From contig JAADFO010000046.1 in assembly GCA_013152815.1 (NCBI GenBank), positions 1 to 32,432 on the forward strand: DNA of 32,432 nucleotides. The letters are read 5' to 3'. The stretch comes from Nanobdellati archaeon. GTDB taxonomy: Archaea; Nanobdellota; Nanobdellia; Woesearchaeales; JAADFO01. The notes beneath the pieces are model-generated. The model saw only the letters and a list, made by a program, of their open reading frames with translations, ran no database searches and was not told the origin of the DNA. Positions 5,989 to 17,720 of this stretch are shown here, in pieces (within the stretch, counting starts at the first letter, position 1; each line of letters starts with the position of its first letter). Made by a program: the position numbers and the translations under genes.

Positions 5989-7812
5989 ATGCGATACAAG
6001 GATCTGGTTCTCGTCTATGAGCATGTCCGGTCGACGACAAAACGTCTTGAGAAGACCGCCGAGATAGCATCTCTCCTCAGAGAGACGCCGGCAGAGGACA
6101 TGGTGAAGATCATGCTGCTCCTCAAGGGAGAGCTCTATCCTCAGTGGGACCGGCGGGAACTGGGGGTCGCGGCAAGACAGGTGCTCAAGGCACTGTCCCT
6201 CTCCTATGGCATCCCTATCCAGCGGATCGAGAAGGACTGGTCCAGGATAGGAGATCTTGGATCTGTCGCAGAGAAGCTCTCTGCCAGGAAGACCCAGGCC
6301 ACGCTCTTCTCAAGGTCACTGACCATCGAAGATGTGTTCTCCACCCTGAGGAAACTCGCCCAGATGGAGGGCAAGGGGACCGTCGACCGGAAGACAGCCC
6401 TCCTGGGAAGGCTCCTGACCAGCGCAACACCCATCGAAGCGAAATACATCATCCGCACGGTGCTCGAGGAATTGCGGGTCGGCATCGGAGAAGGGACCCT
6501 CCGGGACGCCATCGCCTGGGCGTTCTTCCCGCGGATAAAGGGCATCAACGACCAGGGAGAAGGCAAAGGACAGGTCCAGCTCACGTCGCTGGAAGAGCTG
6601 CAGAGACATCTGGACGACCGGGACATGCTTCTGGTCTTCAAAGAGGAGACGATGGCCAGGGAAGCCTACAAACAGCTGGTCAGTAAGGTGCAGCGTGCGC
6701 TCAACATCATGACCGACCCGTCCCTGGTGGCAGAACTTGCTGCGACGAAAGGATGGAGATGCCTGGACAAGGTCACTTTCAGGATCATGCGCCCCCTCAA
6801 GGTCATGCTCGCCCAGAAGGTCAAGGACGAGGAAGAAGGCCTCAAGAGGGTAGGCAGACCATGCATCGTCGAGTACAAATACGACGGCTTCAGGATGCAG
6901 ATCCATCGGGACAGGGAGGACATACGCCTGTTCACGAGACGTCTTGAAGAGGTGACCGCACAGTTCCCTGAGGTCATCGAAGCGGTCAGGACGCACACCC
7001 CTGCAGAGCAGTTCATCCTCGACGCCGAGGCAGTGGGAATGGACCCCAAGACCCAGACCTATCTGCCGTTCCAGCATGTCTCACAACGCATCAAGAGGAA
7101 GTACCGCATCGAAGAGCTCGCTTTACGGCTCCCGGTGGAGGTCAATGTCTTCGACATCCTGACCTATCAGGGGAAGTCCCTGATCGAACGGCCTTTCAAG
7201 GAGCGGAGGAAGCTCATCGAGAGGCTGGTCGATGGAGAGCAGGGGAAGATACGGCTTTCAGCATCCAAGGTCGTCTCGACGCCAGAGGAGGCCAGGACGT
7301 TCTATGAGAAGTCGCTCGAGGCAGGCAATGAAGGCATCATGTTCAAGAACCTCGACGCACCCTATTCGCCGGGCTCCCGGGTTGGTTCCATGGTCAAGCT
7401 CAAGCCGGTGATGGATACCCTGGACCTGGTCATCATCGGTGCGGAATGGGGCGAGGGAAAAAGGGCGACCTGGCTCACTTCCTTCTCGGTCGCCTGCAGG
7501 GACGAGGAGGGAAATCTCCTGGGCATCGGCAAGGTGGGCACAGGAATCAAAGAGCTTGAGTCAGAAGGGGCGACCTTCCAGCAGATGACCGACCTCCTGA
7601 GGCCGTCGATCATAGAGCAGAAGGGCAGGGAAGTCATCGTGAAGCCGAAGGTCGTCGTCGAGCTGTCCTTCGAGGAGATCCAGAAGAGCACATCCTACAG
7701 CTCAGGGTATGCGCTGCGGTTCCCCCGGCTCAGGAACCTCAGGGAGGACCGGTCGGTGGAGGACATAGCTGACCTTGCTACCGTCGAGGACCTCTACTTC
7801 TCGCAGAAGTGA
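5989..7812 (+). CDS. lig: ATP-dependent DNA ligase
   Basis: EYKYDGFRMQIH, EGIMFK, VKLK, GKVGTG and ALRFPR motifs. Confidence 0.97.
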   Translation: MRYKDLVLVYEHVRSTTKRLEKTAEIASLLRETPAEDMVKIMLLLKGELYPQWDRRELGVAARQVLKALSLSYGIPIQRIEKDWSRIGDLGSVAEKLSARKTQATLFSRSLTIEDVFSTLRKLAQMEGKGTVDRKTALLGRLLTSATPIEAKYIIRTVLEELRVGIGEGTLRDAIAWAFFPRIKGINDQGEGKGQVQLTSLEELQRHLDDRDMLLVFKEETMAREAYKQLVSKVQRALNIMTDPSLVAELAATKGWRCLDKVTFRIMRPLKVMLAQKVKDEEEGLKRVGRPCIVEYKYDGFRMQIHRDREDIRLFTRRLEEVTAQFPEVIEAVRTHTPAEQFILDAEAVGMDPKTQTYLPFQHVSQRIKRKYRIEELALRLPVEVNVFDILTYQGKSLIERPFKERRKLIERLVDGEQGKIRLSASKVVSTPEEARTFYEKSLEAGNEGIMFKNLDAPYSPGSRVGSMVKLKPVMDTLDLVIIGAEWGEGKRATWLTSFSVACRDEEGNLLGIGKVGTGIKELESEGATFQQMTDLLRPSIIEQKGREVIVKPKVVVELSFEEIQKSTSYSSGYALRFPRLRNLREDRSVEDIADLATVEDLYFSQK

Positions 7813-7853
7813 CGGAACAATCTCCTGTTTCACCTTATAAAGTCACACAGAGA

Positions 7854-7897
7854 TTTCCAAATATGGAAGGGCTTTCCAAAAATGAAAAGCTATAAAA
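7854..7897 (+). promoter_or_regulatory. Two tandem palindromic operator-like sites abutting a TATA box
   Basis: TTTCCAAATATGGAAG (7854-7869) and TTTCCAAAAATGAAAA (7873-7888), then TATAAAA (7891-7897). Confidence 0.6.
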
Positions 7898-7920
7898 GCT
7901 CAGGTTCCCTGCAATGACCC

Positions 7921-8457
7921 ATGGAGCCGACAGAGGTCATCGAGCAGCTCATCGATTCGAAACTGCTTCGGATCCTGCGGCTCTTCATCCAGGAGAAGGA
8001 CACGGACTTCTACCTCAAGGAGATCTCCGACAGGACCAAGGTTCCTGTCGCATCGGTCTTCCGCATCGTCAACCGGCTGGTCCTCCTGGGCCTCGTCACC
8101 CGGAAGAAGATCAGGCGTTTCAAGCTCTACACCTGCTCAGAGGACAAGTCGGTGAGGTTCCTCGAGAGCTTTCTCATGGAGAGCAGGCACATCCTCCGGG
8201 AGTTCCTTGTAGAGGCAAAGGAGATCCCCGGGGTGAACATGATCATCCTCCACGGCAAGGAGGAGAAGGACCGTGCCAACATCCTGCTCATAGGGGAGCA
8301 TATCGATTCTGCGAAGGTCAAGGAGCTTGTCGCCCAGACCCATGAGAAGCATCATTATACCTTGTCGGTGTTGGAGCTCACCGAGCAGCAGTTCGGCCAG
8401 ATGGCACAGATGGGCCTCTACGCAGGAGAGAAGAGGGTGATGTGGAGGAAGGGATGA
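7921..8457 (+). CDS. Winged-helix regulator with a degenerate nucleotidyltransferase-like C-terminal domain
   Basis: FYLKEISDRTKVPVASVFRIVNRLV HTH. IILHGKEEKDRANILLIG resembles the MNT fold without the GS and DxD residues. Confidence 0.75.
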   Translation: MEPTEVIEQLIDSKLLRILRLFIQEKDTDFYLKEISDRTKVPVASVFRIVNRLVLLGLVTRKKIRRFKLYTCSEDKSVRFLESFLMESRHILREFLVEAKEIPGVNMIILHGKEEKDRANILLIGEHIDSAKVKELVAQTHEKHHYTLSVLELTEQQFGQMAQMGLYAGEKRVMWRKG

Positions 8458-8546
8458 TCAAGGGAATGGCTTTTCCCGCCAGGTAAGAAGAGGAGCGATC
8501 AGAAATTCCGTCGCCCGAAGCCCATCCCAAACAGGAACGTTTAAAA

Positions 8547-8963
8547 CTATGCTTTCCTGCTCTTGAGTTTAGGTAAGAGCATACTCACAAAGAGAATGAT
8601 CTCCTCTGCTTCTATCTTCAAGACTGTTTTCCCACGATAATTGATATCATTCCGTATCTGTCTATACCTATCGCTTCTCTCAAATTCGGACAGAGAAAGG
8701 ATTCCTTGCTCCTTTCCGAAAGCAAGGATGGCTTCATGAGAGTAGGGTTTGTATCCGGCTGCAGCCAAGAATGATTGCAGCACCTCTCTTAGGACCTCAT
8801 ATGCAGATTCAAACCGAAAAGGCGCAGTCTCCTCTGACAGCGGAAGGTTTTTCAGGTCTTTGAGCCTCGCTTCTGACTGCTTGAGAAGGGAGTCTGCTTC
8901 TGCAGGATCAGGAGAGATCTTCCTGACTTTCTTCTCTTCAAGATAGGCGGTAAATGACTTCAT
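8547..8963 (-). CDS. HEPN domain protein (putative toxin)
   Basis: Helical protein with AYE, SHE and RNDINY (R-x4-Y). It is coupled to the upstream MNT gene by an ATGA overlap. Confidence 0.75.
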   Translation of the reverse strand: MKSFTAYLEEKKVRKISPDPAEADSLLKQSEARLKDLKNLPLSEETAPFRFESAYEVLREVLQSFLAAAGYKPYSHEAILAFGKEQGILSLSEFERSDRYRQIRNDINYRGKTVLKIEAEEIILFVSMLLPKLKSRKA

Positions 8964-9493
8964 GGAATGTCAAGATAACCATCCAAAACAGTTCCATTTG
9001 CAAGGGTGGACAAAAATTCTTTTTCAATACAGTCCCTATCAAGTATTTGCACTGATATTTTTCGAAGCAGTTTCTTTTCATATATCTTTAGATCCAATCT
9101 TGGACCTCTTTTCGAAAGAACAGCAATATCGATGTCACTGCTTTCAATATCCTCTCCTTTTTCGTAGGAGCCGAAAAAGATGATGCATTCTGGCCGTCCG
9201 AATATATCAATAAGATAGGCGACCAACCCGGACTCATAGACGCTGATCAGATTATGGGCTCTTTTCAAGACTTTGAATGCGATCCCGTCTGTATTTGCCT
9301 TAGTAAGCACAAGATTCCTTTCTTTCTTTCTTGTTATGAGCTCTTGTTCAACAAGTTCTTGCACAAGCTTTCTTGTCCATGGGAAGGAAATCCCTGATGC
9401 TCTGGACAGTTCCCGTAAATGGAATACTCTCGTAGGGAAGGTAAGGTAGAACCAGAGTAGGTGATCCCGTTTACTAGTAAGTTTTGCTTTCAT
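8960..9493 (-). CDS. wHTH-MNT minimal nucleotidyltransferase (putative antitoxin)
   Basis: N-terminal HTH (HLRELSRASGIS) and FFGSYEKGEDIESSDIDI (GS-x10-DxD). Confidence 0.88.
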   Translation of the reverse strand: MKAKLTSKRDHLLWFYLTFPTRVFHLRELSRASGISFPWTRKLVQELVEQELITRKKERNLVLTKANTDGIAFKVLKRAHNLISVYESGLVAYLIDIFGRPECIIFFGSYEKGEDIESSDIDIAVLSKRGPRLDLKIYEKKLLRKISVQILDRDCIEKEFLSTLANGTVLDGYLDIP

Positions 9494-9525
9494 TTGATAA
9501 CTATAATTATCAACGGATATTTAAA
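9494..9525 (-). promoter_or_regulatory. TATA box plus a 20-bp palindromic operator for the MNT-HEPN operon
   Basis: TTGATAA-CTATAA-TTATCAA (9494-9513) lies between the start codon and minus-strand TTTAAATA (9518-9525). Confidence 0.7.
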
Positions 9526-9541
9526 GTTTATCATTAGAAAA

Positions 9542-9644
9542 CGCCCCTGCCGAGATTTGAACTCGGGTTACAAGATGTTTGCAAGCCAGACAGAGGTTGT
9601 GGCTTCCGCAATCTCGCGTCCTATCCAGACTAGACTACAGGGGC
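9542..9644 (-). tRNA. tRNA-Arg(GCG) with a 29-nt 37/38 intron (9577-9605)
   Basis: GCCCCTG TAGTCTAGTCTGGATAGGACG CGAGA TT-GCG-G [intron] A TCTTG TAAC CCGAG TTCAAAT CTCGG CAGGGGC G. TTGC/GCAA BHB helix. Confidence 0.93.
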
Positions 9645-9699
9645 TCGGGCCGGACCGAAGAAAACAGGAGAATCAGGGGGCTTTTAAGTGTTTCTAGGC

Positions 9700-10623
9700 T
9701 CACCCCGATATCTTGTCAGAAAGGTTGTCAAGGGAGGCTTTCCCCCGCTTCTTTATCGTTGAGACCTTGGCCTTGACCCTTGGCCTATGGTAGGCGATGC
9801 CGTCCTTGATGGTGCGGACGGTCTTGGTCTTCAGGGTCGGCCTGAGATAGCGGAGGTGTTTCTGGGAAAGCGTCGCATAGGCAGGCAGCTTCATGAGGGT
9901 TGTGGTCGGCTTTCCCATGACAAGATTCTTCTTCCTGCGGATGGCATCGAGAAAGCTGCCCACCTCATCCGCCTCGCTGTAGGTGACCACCTTGCCGACC
10001 TCCATGAGGGTGTGGGCATCTGATCCGCCGTGGAAGGGCTTGCCGGTCTCCAGGGCGAGCTTGGTGGCGTTGAGGTTCATCTTCATCGTATGGGTGCCGC
10101 AGAGCACCTCGATGGAGTCCAGGGAGTCGAGGACCGACTCAGGGACATAGCCCCGCTTGATCCCTCTGACGATGCCCATGGGCGAGGGAGAGTAGGGATG
10201 GGCAGCAGCGATGATGGCGTTGAAGGAATGCCCCTGGTCGATGATCTCCTGGATGTGGCAGTTGGTGAACGCGTAGGGATTGGCGGTCTTCTTCTTCTCC
10301 ACATGCTTGAGGTAGAACGCCTCGAGATCATGATAATCATAGAAGTAGAAGAGGAGATGGGCCCGCTCGAAGGTGGTCAGTTCCATGCCGGGGATGATCA
10401 GGACGTCGGACTTTCGCGAGAGCGCGTCCTTGACCCCCTTCACTTCGTTGTGGTCGGTGATGGCCACGCCGAAGCCTTTCTTCCGGGCCTTGCGGAGGAG
10501 ATGGCCGACATGGGTGTAGGAGTCAGAGTATCGCGTATGGATATGCATGTCCACAGGATGATAGCCCTGGTCGGCCAGCGCCCGGTGGTCTGGCTTGAGA
10601 AAATCTATCCTTGAGTTGAGCAT
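9700..10623 (-). CDS. PHP-domain metal-dependent phosphoesterase (start may be 10647)
   Basis: DMHIHTRYSD, AITDHN, PGMELT, AHPY and GGSDAH motifs. Confidence 0.9.
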   Translation of the reverse strand: MLNSRIDFLKPDHRALADQGYHPVDMHIHTRYSDSYTHVGHLLRKARKKGFGVAITDHNEVKGVKDALSRKSDVLIIPGMELTTFERAHLLFYFYDYHDLEAFYLKHVEKKKTANPYAFTNCHIQEIIDQGHSFNAIIAAAHPYSPSPMGIVRGIKRGYVPESVLDSLDSIEVLCGTHTMKMNLNATKLALETGKPFHGGSDAHTLMEVGKVVTYSEADEVGSFLDAIRRKKNLVMGKPTTTLMKLPAYATLSQKHLRYLRPTLKTKTVRTIKDGIAYHRPRVKAKVSTIKKRGKASLDNLSDKISG

Positions 10624-10740
10624 CGTGCGTCTTCTTTCTTTACCCATCCTGATTTATCAATCTTTCCATATCGATCTTTCCATCGTTCACCGCGACGGGT
10701 GTTCTGCCTGTGATCGGTCATGCGTCTTGAGAACAGATAA

Positions 10741-12084
<1,344 letters not shown>

Positions 12085-12127
12085 ACAGTGCACAAAAAGA
12101 TCGTAAAAAAAACGTATATCATGCGCA

Positions 12128-13621
<1,494 letters not shown>

Positions 13622-13697
13622 TTAAATATTTCGCTCGCCGCTCTGAGCACAGATCACAGGAATAGATTTAAGAATCATCGGAGACGCCCTCAGGGCC

Positions 13698-15248
13698 ATG
13701 CAGATGAAGAAGGTTTCTCAGGAGAGCAGTCCATTGCTCAGTCTGGTCAAGGACACGCTGAGGCTCAAGAAACAGGCGTTGGTCTTCTGCAACACCAAGC
13801 GCGGCGCAGAGAAGGCGGCAGAAGACTGTGCAAAGAAGATCAAGGAGACGACGCCAGAACAGTTAGCAGAAAAGATCCTTGGCATCTTAGCATCGCCGAC
13901 CAAGCAATGCAGACGCCTCGCAAGATCGATAGAGAAAGGCATGGCTTTCCATCATGCAGGACTCCACCAGAAGCAGCGGGAAATCATAGAGGATGCTTTC
14001 CGTGAAGGGAACATTAAGATTATTTGTTCCACACCGACCCTGGCAGCAGGTGTTGACCTTCCTGCCTTCCGCACCATCCTCAGGGATGTCAAACGCTTCG
14101 GCAGGCGTGGCCTGCAATATATCCCTGTCCTGGAATACCTCCAGATGGCCGGACGCTCGGGAAGGCCGAAGTATGACAAGAAAGGGGAGGCCATCATGAT
14201 CGCTGCCAGCGAAGGCGACAGGGAAGAGCTCATCGAACGGTACGTCAAAGGCGTTCCAGAGCCCATCCTCTCGAAACTCGCCGTCGAGCCTGTGCTGAGG
14301 ACCTATCTCCTCTCGTTGATAGCGTCCCGGATGGTCCGCAATCGAAGCCAGCTCCTGGCCTTCTTCGAGAAGACCTTCTGGGCCCACCAGTATGAGGATT
14401 TCTTCCGCCTGGAACAGAAGATAGATTCCATGGTGGCCCTGCTCGCAGAATGGGGGATGATACAGGAGGAGGGAGAGGACACTGATTTTGTGTCGGCAGA
14501 CCGGCTGCAGGACCATGGCCTGCGGGCGACCCCTGTCGGGAAACGGGTCGCCGAGCTCTATCTCGATCCCCTGACCGCATACCTGCTCATCCAAAGGATG
14601 CGCCGCACCTCTCAGAGGAAGGTGGCTGACTTCTCCTGGCTCCAGATGGTCAGCCATACCCTGGAGATGGCTCCCCTGCTGAGGGTGAGGGTGAAAGACC
14701 AGGAGATGATCGAAGATGCGCTGGTACAGTACGACGGATCCCTTCTTGACCTGGAACCGACCATGTATGATTTCGAATATCAGGAGTTCCAGAATTCCAT
14801 CAAGACCGCCCTGTTCCTGCTGGACTGGATAAGCGAGAAGGACGAGGAATACCTTCTCGAGACCTATGGCATACGGCCGGGAGAGATCAAGGTGAAGCTT
14901 GACCTTGCCGACTGGCTGCTCTACGCTTCAGGAGAGCTCGGCCGCATCCTGGGGTTCCTGCCTCTGCTCAAGGACCTCCAACGTATGCGGGTACGTCTCA
15001 AGTATGGGGTGAAGGAGGAACTTCTCTCCCTGCTCAGATTCAGGGGCATCGGCAGGGTCAGGGCAAGGAAGCTCCATGACAACAGGATACGGACCGTCGC
15101 CGATGTCAAGCATGCAGAGCTCGGGAAGCTCATGGCGCTCATCGGCAAGGCGGCCGCCAGGTCTCTCAAGACACAGGTAGGCGAGAACATCCCTGAAGAA
15201 GTCAAGACCAACAAGAGGAAGGGTCAGATAAACCTCAAGGACTACTGA
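13698..15248 (+). CDS. Hel308/Ski2-like SF2 helicase lacking the N-terminal RecA domain
   Basis: Motifs IV (ALVFCNTK), FHHAGL, V (TPTLAAGVDLPA), VI (QMAGRSGRP) and HhH (GIGRVRARKL) are present. No Walker A or DExH. Confidence 0.85.
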   Translation: MQMKKVSQESSPLLSLVKDTLRLKKQALVFCNTKRGAEKAAEDCAKKIKETTPEQLAEKILGILASPTKQCRRLARSIEKGMAFHHAGLHQKQREIIEDAFREGNIKIICSTPTLAAGVDLPAFRTILRDVKRFGRRGLQYIPVLEYLQMAGRSGRPKYDKKGEAIMIAASEGDREELIERYVKGVPEPILSKLAVEPVLRTYLLSLIASRMVRNRSQLLAFFEKTFWAHQYEDFFRLEQKIDSMVALLAEWGMIQEEGEDTDFVSADRLQDHGLRATPVGKRVAELYLDPLTAYLLIQRMRRTSQRKVADFSWLQMVSHTLEMAPLLRVRVKDQEMIEDALVQYDGSLLDLEPTMYDFEYQEFQNSIKTALFLLDWISEKDEEYLLETYGIRPGEIKVKLDLADWLLYASGELGRILGFLPLLKDLQRMRVRLKYGVKEELLSLLRFRGIGRVRARKLHDNRIRTVADVKHAELGKLMALIGKAAARSLKTQVGENIPEEVKTNKRKGQINLKDY

Positions 15249-15576
15249 CGACCCCATCATCTTTCTTCGCGCCACGGCCGAATCGCTGGACATGGCCACA
15301 GTCAAGACAGGTAAATACCAGATGATGCTGGGTCATCCTGACCCTGACATTCTTCCCCTGTCTCAGGAAATGGCCGCAGTTCTTGCAAAAACTTCGTTTC
15401 TGTCCAGATGTCAGAGAGATACGAAAACGCATGGCTGTCTTCCTGGCCTCTTTCACATGCTTTGAAGCGAGGACGTCATCACGGACAGATGCCTTCTCTG
15501 CCTCGACAAAGAGGTGTCGGATGGCCTCTTTCGCCAGCTTCGCCTGCTCCTGCTTGCGCTTGTATCTTGCGGCCAT
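15235..15576 (-). CDS. rnp4: RNase P protein component 4 (Rpp21)
   Basis: A...I..LF..A, ARKTAMRFRI, KRSFCKNC and TCLDCGHVQRF motifs. Confidence 0.88.
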   Translation of the reverse strand: MAARYKRKQEQAKLAKEAIRHLFVEAEKASVRDDVLASKHVKEARKTAMRFRISLTSGQKRSFCKNCGHFLRQGKNVRVRMTQHHLVFTCLDCGHVQRFGRGAKKDDGVVSSP

Positions 15577-15628
15577 CTGGAGCCATAGTTGAATAACCTA
15601 TATAAAATGACGGATTTTCTGCTTCTCC

Positions 15629-16912
15629 ATGCGAAGGTTCCTCAAGCGTCTTACAGAAAAGCTGACCAACGGGTTCTTCGAGAAAGAGCAGGAGACCGAA
15701 GAGGTCACGGTCAGAAGAGAAGACCTGGAAAAGCTGTTCGATGAGAAGGCAGTCTCTTTGATAGAACAGGAGAAGGCAAGGGTCGGACGCTTTGTCGGAG
15801 AGCTTGAGAGCATAAAAAGTTCCATCAGAGAGGACCTCAGCCTGCTGGAGCACGCCCAGCTGAAGAACAAGAACATCCCCAACAAGCACCTCCAGCTCCT
15901 TGAGGGCAACCGACCAGCTTATATCCAGAAGATGCATGATTTCAACGAGAAGCTGTCCCTTGAAGATTCTTTCGATGCATTGGAGCCTTTCGTCGAGAAG
16001 ACAAGGAGAGGGCTTGAGCATCTCTCCAAGTCCACCACAAAATCGTACATGATCCTCCAGGAATTCTTCGCCAACGAATCATTCAAGGTCGCCAGGGACA
16101 TCAAGAAGGTGGATGAGCTGGTGGAATCCATAGAAGGGTATCTGTCGTCATCGCCCTATGCCTCCTATCTGAAGATCAAAGGGCTCTTCGGGAAGCTTCG
16201 GAATATCGATGCGAGAAAGCGGGAGCTTGAGACGGCCCTCAAACAACGGAAGGCAGGGATAGCCCGTCTCAAGAAAGAGAGGAGAGAGCTGGAAGCGGAG
16301 ATAGCCGCCCTGAAGAGCGGGGACGCTTACCAGGAACACCTGCACGTGGTCGGAGAGAGGGCTGTCCTCGACCAGAGGAAGCAGGAACTGAAGAACGCGA
16401 TCTCCCGGGATTTCGCGCAGCTCGCCAAGGCCATGAAGAAATATGAACGCATCGCCCTCGACCCTGGCTGGCTCAGGAAATATCTTGCCGATCCGTTCAA
16501 GGCGTTAGGAGAAGATGAGGATCTGGAGATCGTCCCCCTCTTCGGCAAGATGAAGGAGCGTCTGCAGGACAGGAAGATCGACGTCAAGAATCCTGGGAAG
16601 ACCATCGATGTCCTGACCGCTTTGGAGCAGGAGAGGCTTGCCAGATGGCAGAGGACCCTGTCCGGGCTGCGGCAGGACATGGCTGCTCTCGAGGAGCGTG
16701 ATGCGCCTGCGTCAAAGGTCCTTGTCGGACTGAAGGACAAGGAAAGACGGCTTCCGCTGCTGGAACAGGACATCCACAGGGAACAGCTGCTTCTGGAAAG
16801 GGAACAGAAGACCCTCTCTCCCGAGGAGAAAGAGCAGACGTACCAGCTGATCGTCAGAGAGATGGAGAGCTTCCTCAACATGAACATGACCCTGAAGGAT
16901 AAAGAAGGATAG
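15629..16912 (+). CDS. Coiled-coil-rich hypothetical protein (427 aa)
   Basis: Long E/K/L-rich ORF with TATATAAA ~25 nt upstream. Confidence 0.8.
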   Translation: MRRFLKRLTEKLTNGFFEKEQETEEVTVRREDLEKLFDEKAVSLIEQEKARVGRFVGELESIKSSIREDLSLLEHAQLKNKNIPNKHLQLLEGNRPAYIQKMHDFNEKLSLEDSFDALEPFVEKTRRGLEHLSKSTTKSYMILQEFFANESFKVARDIKKVDELVESIEGYLSSSPYASYLKIKGLFGKLRNIDARKRELETALKQRKAGIARLKKERRELEAEIAALKSGDAYQEHLHVVGERAVLDQRKQELKNAISRDFAQLAKAMKKYERIALDPGWLRKYLADPFKALGEDEDLEIVPLFGKMKERLQDRKIDVKNPGKTIDVLTALEQERLARWQRTLSGLRQDMAALEERDAPASKVLVGLKDKERRLPLLEQDIHREQLLLEREQKTLSPEEKEQTYQLIVREMESFLNMNMTLKDKEG

Positions 16913-16977
16913 TTCAAGCGGGAAAGACCCTTCGCAGGACAAGGACGAACAAGAGAGGACCGGAGGACCGTTCTGGT

Positions 16978-17589
16978 TCACTGCAGAGAACGGAGCAGAC
17001 GCCGTCGGTCGACCATCCCGGTCTCAAGACGGGCAATCTTCTTTCTGAGGGCTGCGACCTCTTTGGAGAACTGGCTCTTCACCGACACCAGCTCCCGGGA
17101 GAACCCCTGTTCTGCCTTCCGGAGTTCATCATGATGGCGTTTCCTGATGGTGTCGAGCATCTTCACAGAGACCAGGTCGGAAGGGATCCTCATGTCGATC
17201 TCGTGCAATCGTCGGTCCATGGTCTCGAGCAGGAACTGAGCATCCTTTTCGGTGATGAACTCTTCCTGCTGCCCCAAGATCCTCGTCTGCTGTTCGCCGA
17301 TGGATGCCACGTTCTCTTCAAGGGAAGCGATGTTACGGAGGAGATCATGGACAGGATCCATCTGGATGAGCAGCTGCTCAAGATGCTTGTCGAAGGCTTC
17401 CTGGGTGATGTACCCATGGCCGTTGAAGAACCGCTTCTCCACCGACGCCATGACCGACGATGTGGCAGTCTGCATCTGATGCTCGACGACAGAACGCTGC
17501 AGCTGCAGGGTCGTCTTCATGTTCTGCATGTCCCTTTTGATGTTGGAGAATGCAGAACGGAGCTGCTGGTCAGATAGTTGATATGCCAT
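16978..17589 (-). CDS. Coiled-coil hypothetical protein
   Basis: ORF from MAYQLSDQQLRSAFSNIKRDM with heptad-like composition. SD-like GAGGGGA upstream. Confidence 0.7.
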   Translation of the reverse strand: MAYQLSDQQLRSAFSNIKRDMQNMKTTLQLQRSVVEHQMQTATSSVMASVEKRFFNGHGYITQEAFDKHLEQLLIQMDPVHDLLRNIASLEENVASIGEQQTRILGQQEEFITEKDAQFLLETMDRRLHEIDMRIPSDLVSVKMLDTIRKRHHDELRKAEQGFSRELVSVKSQFSKEVAALRKKIARLETGMVDRRRLLRSLQ

Positions 17590-17720
17590 GGGTCCCCTCA
17601 GACAGGCACCTCTTCTGTGATAAGAAGCAGGTGTGGAAGCCAGCAATATCGCAGGTCATTTATAAATTTTTTCCATGGACCCTGTGCGCATCGTAGAAGA
17701 GGGACATGGCAGAAGAGCGT

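Noticed and set aside
8458..8546. att copy of the tRNA-Arg 3' end bounding the MNT-HEPN islet
   Set aside because: No convincing match to CGCCCCTGCCGAGA was found.
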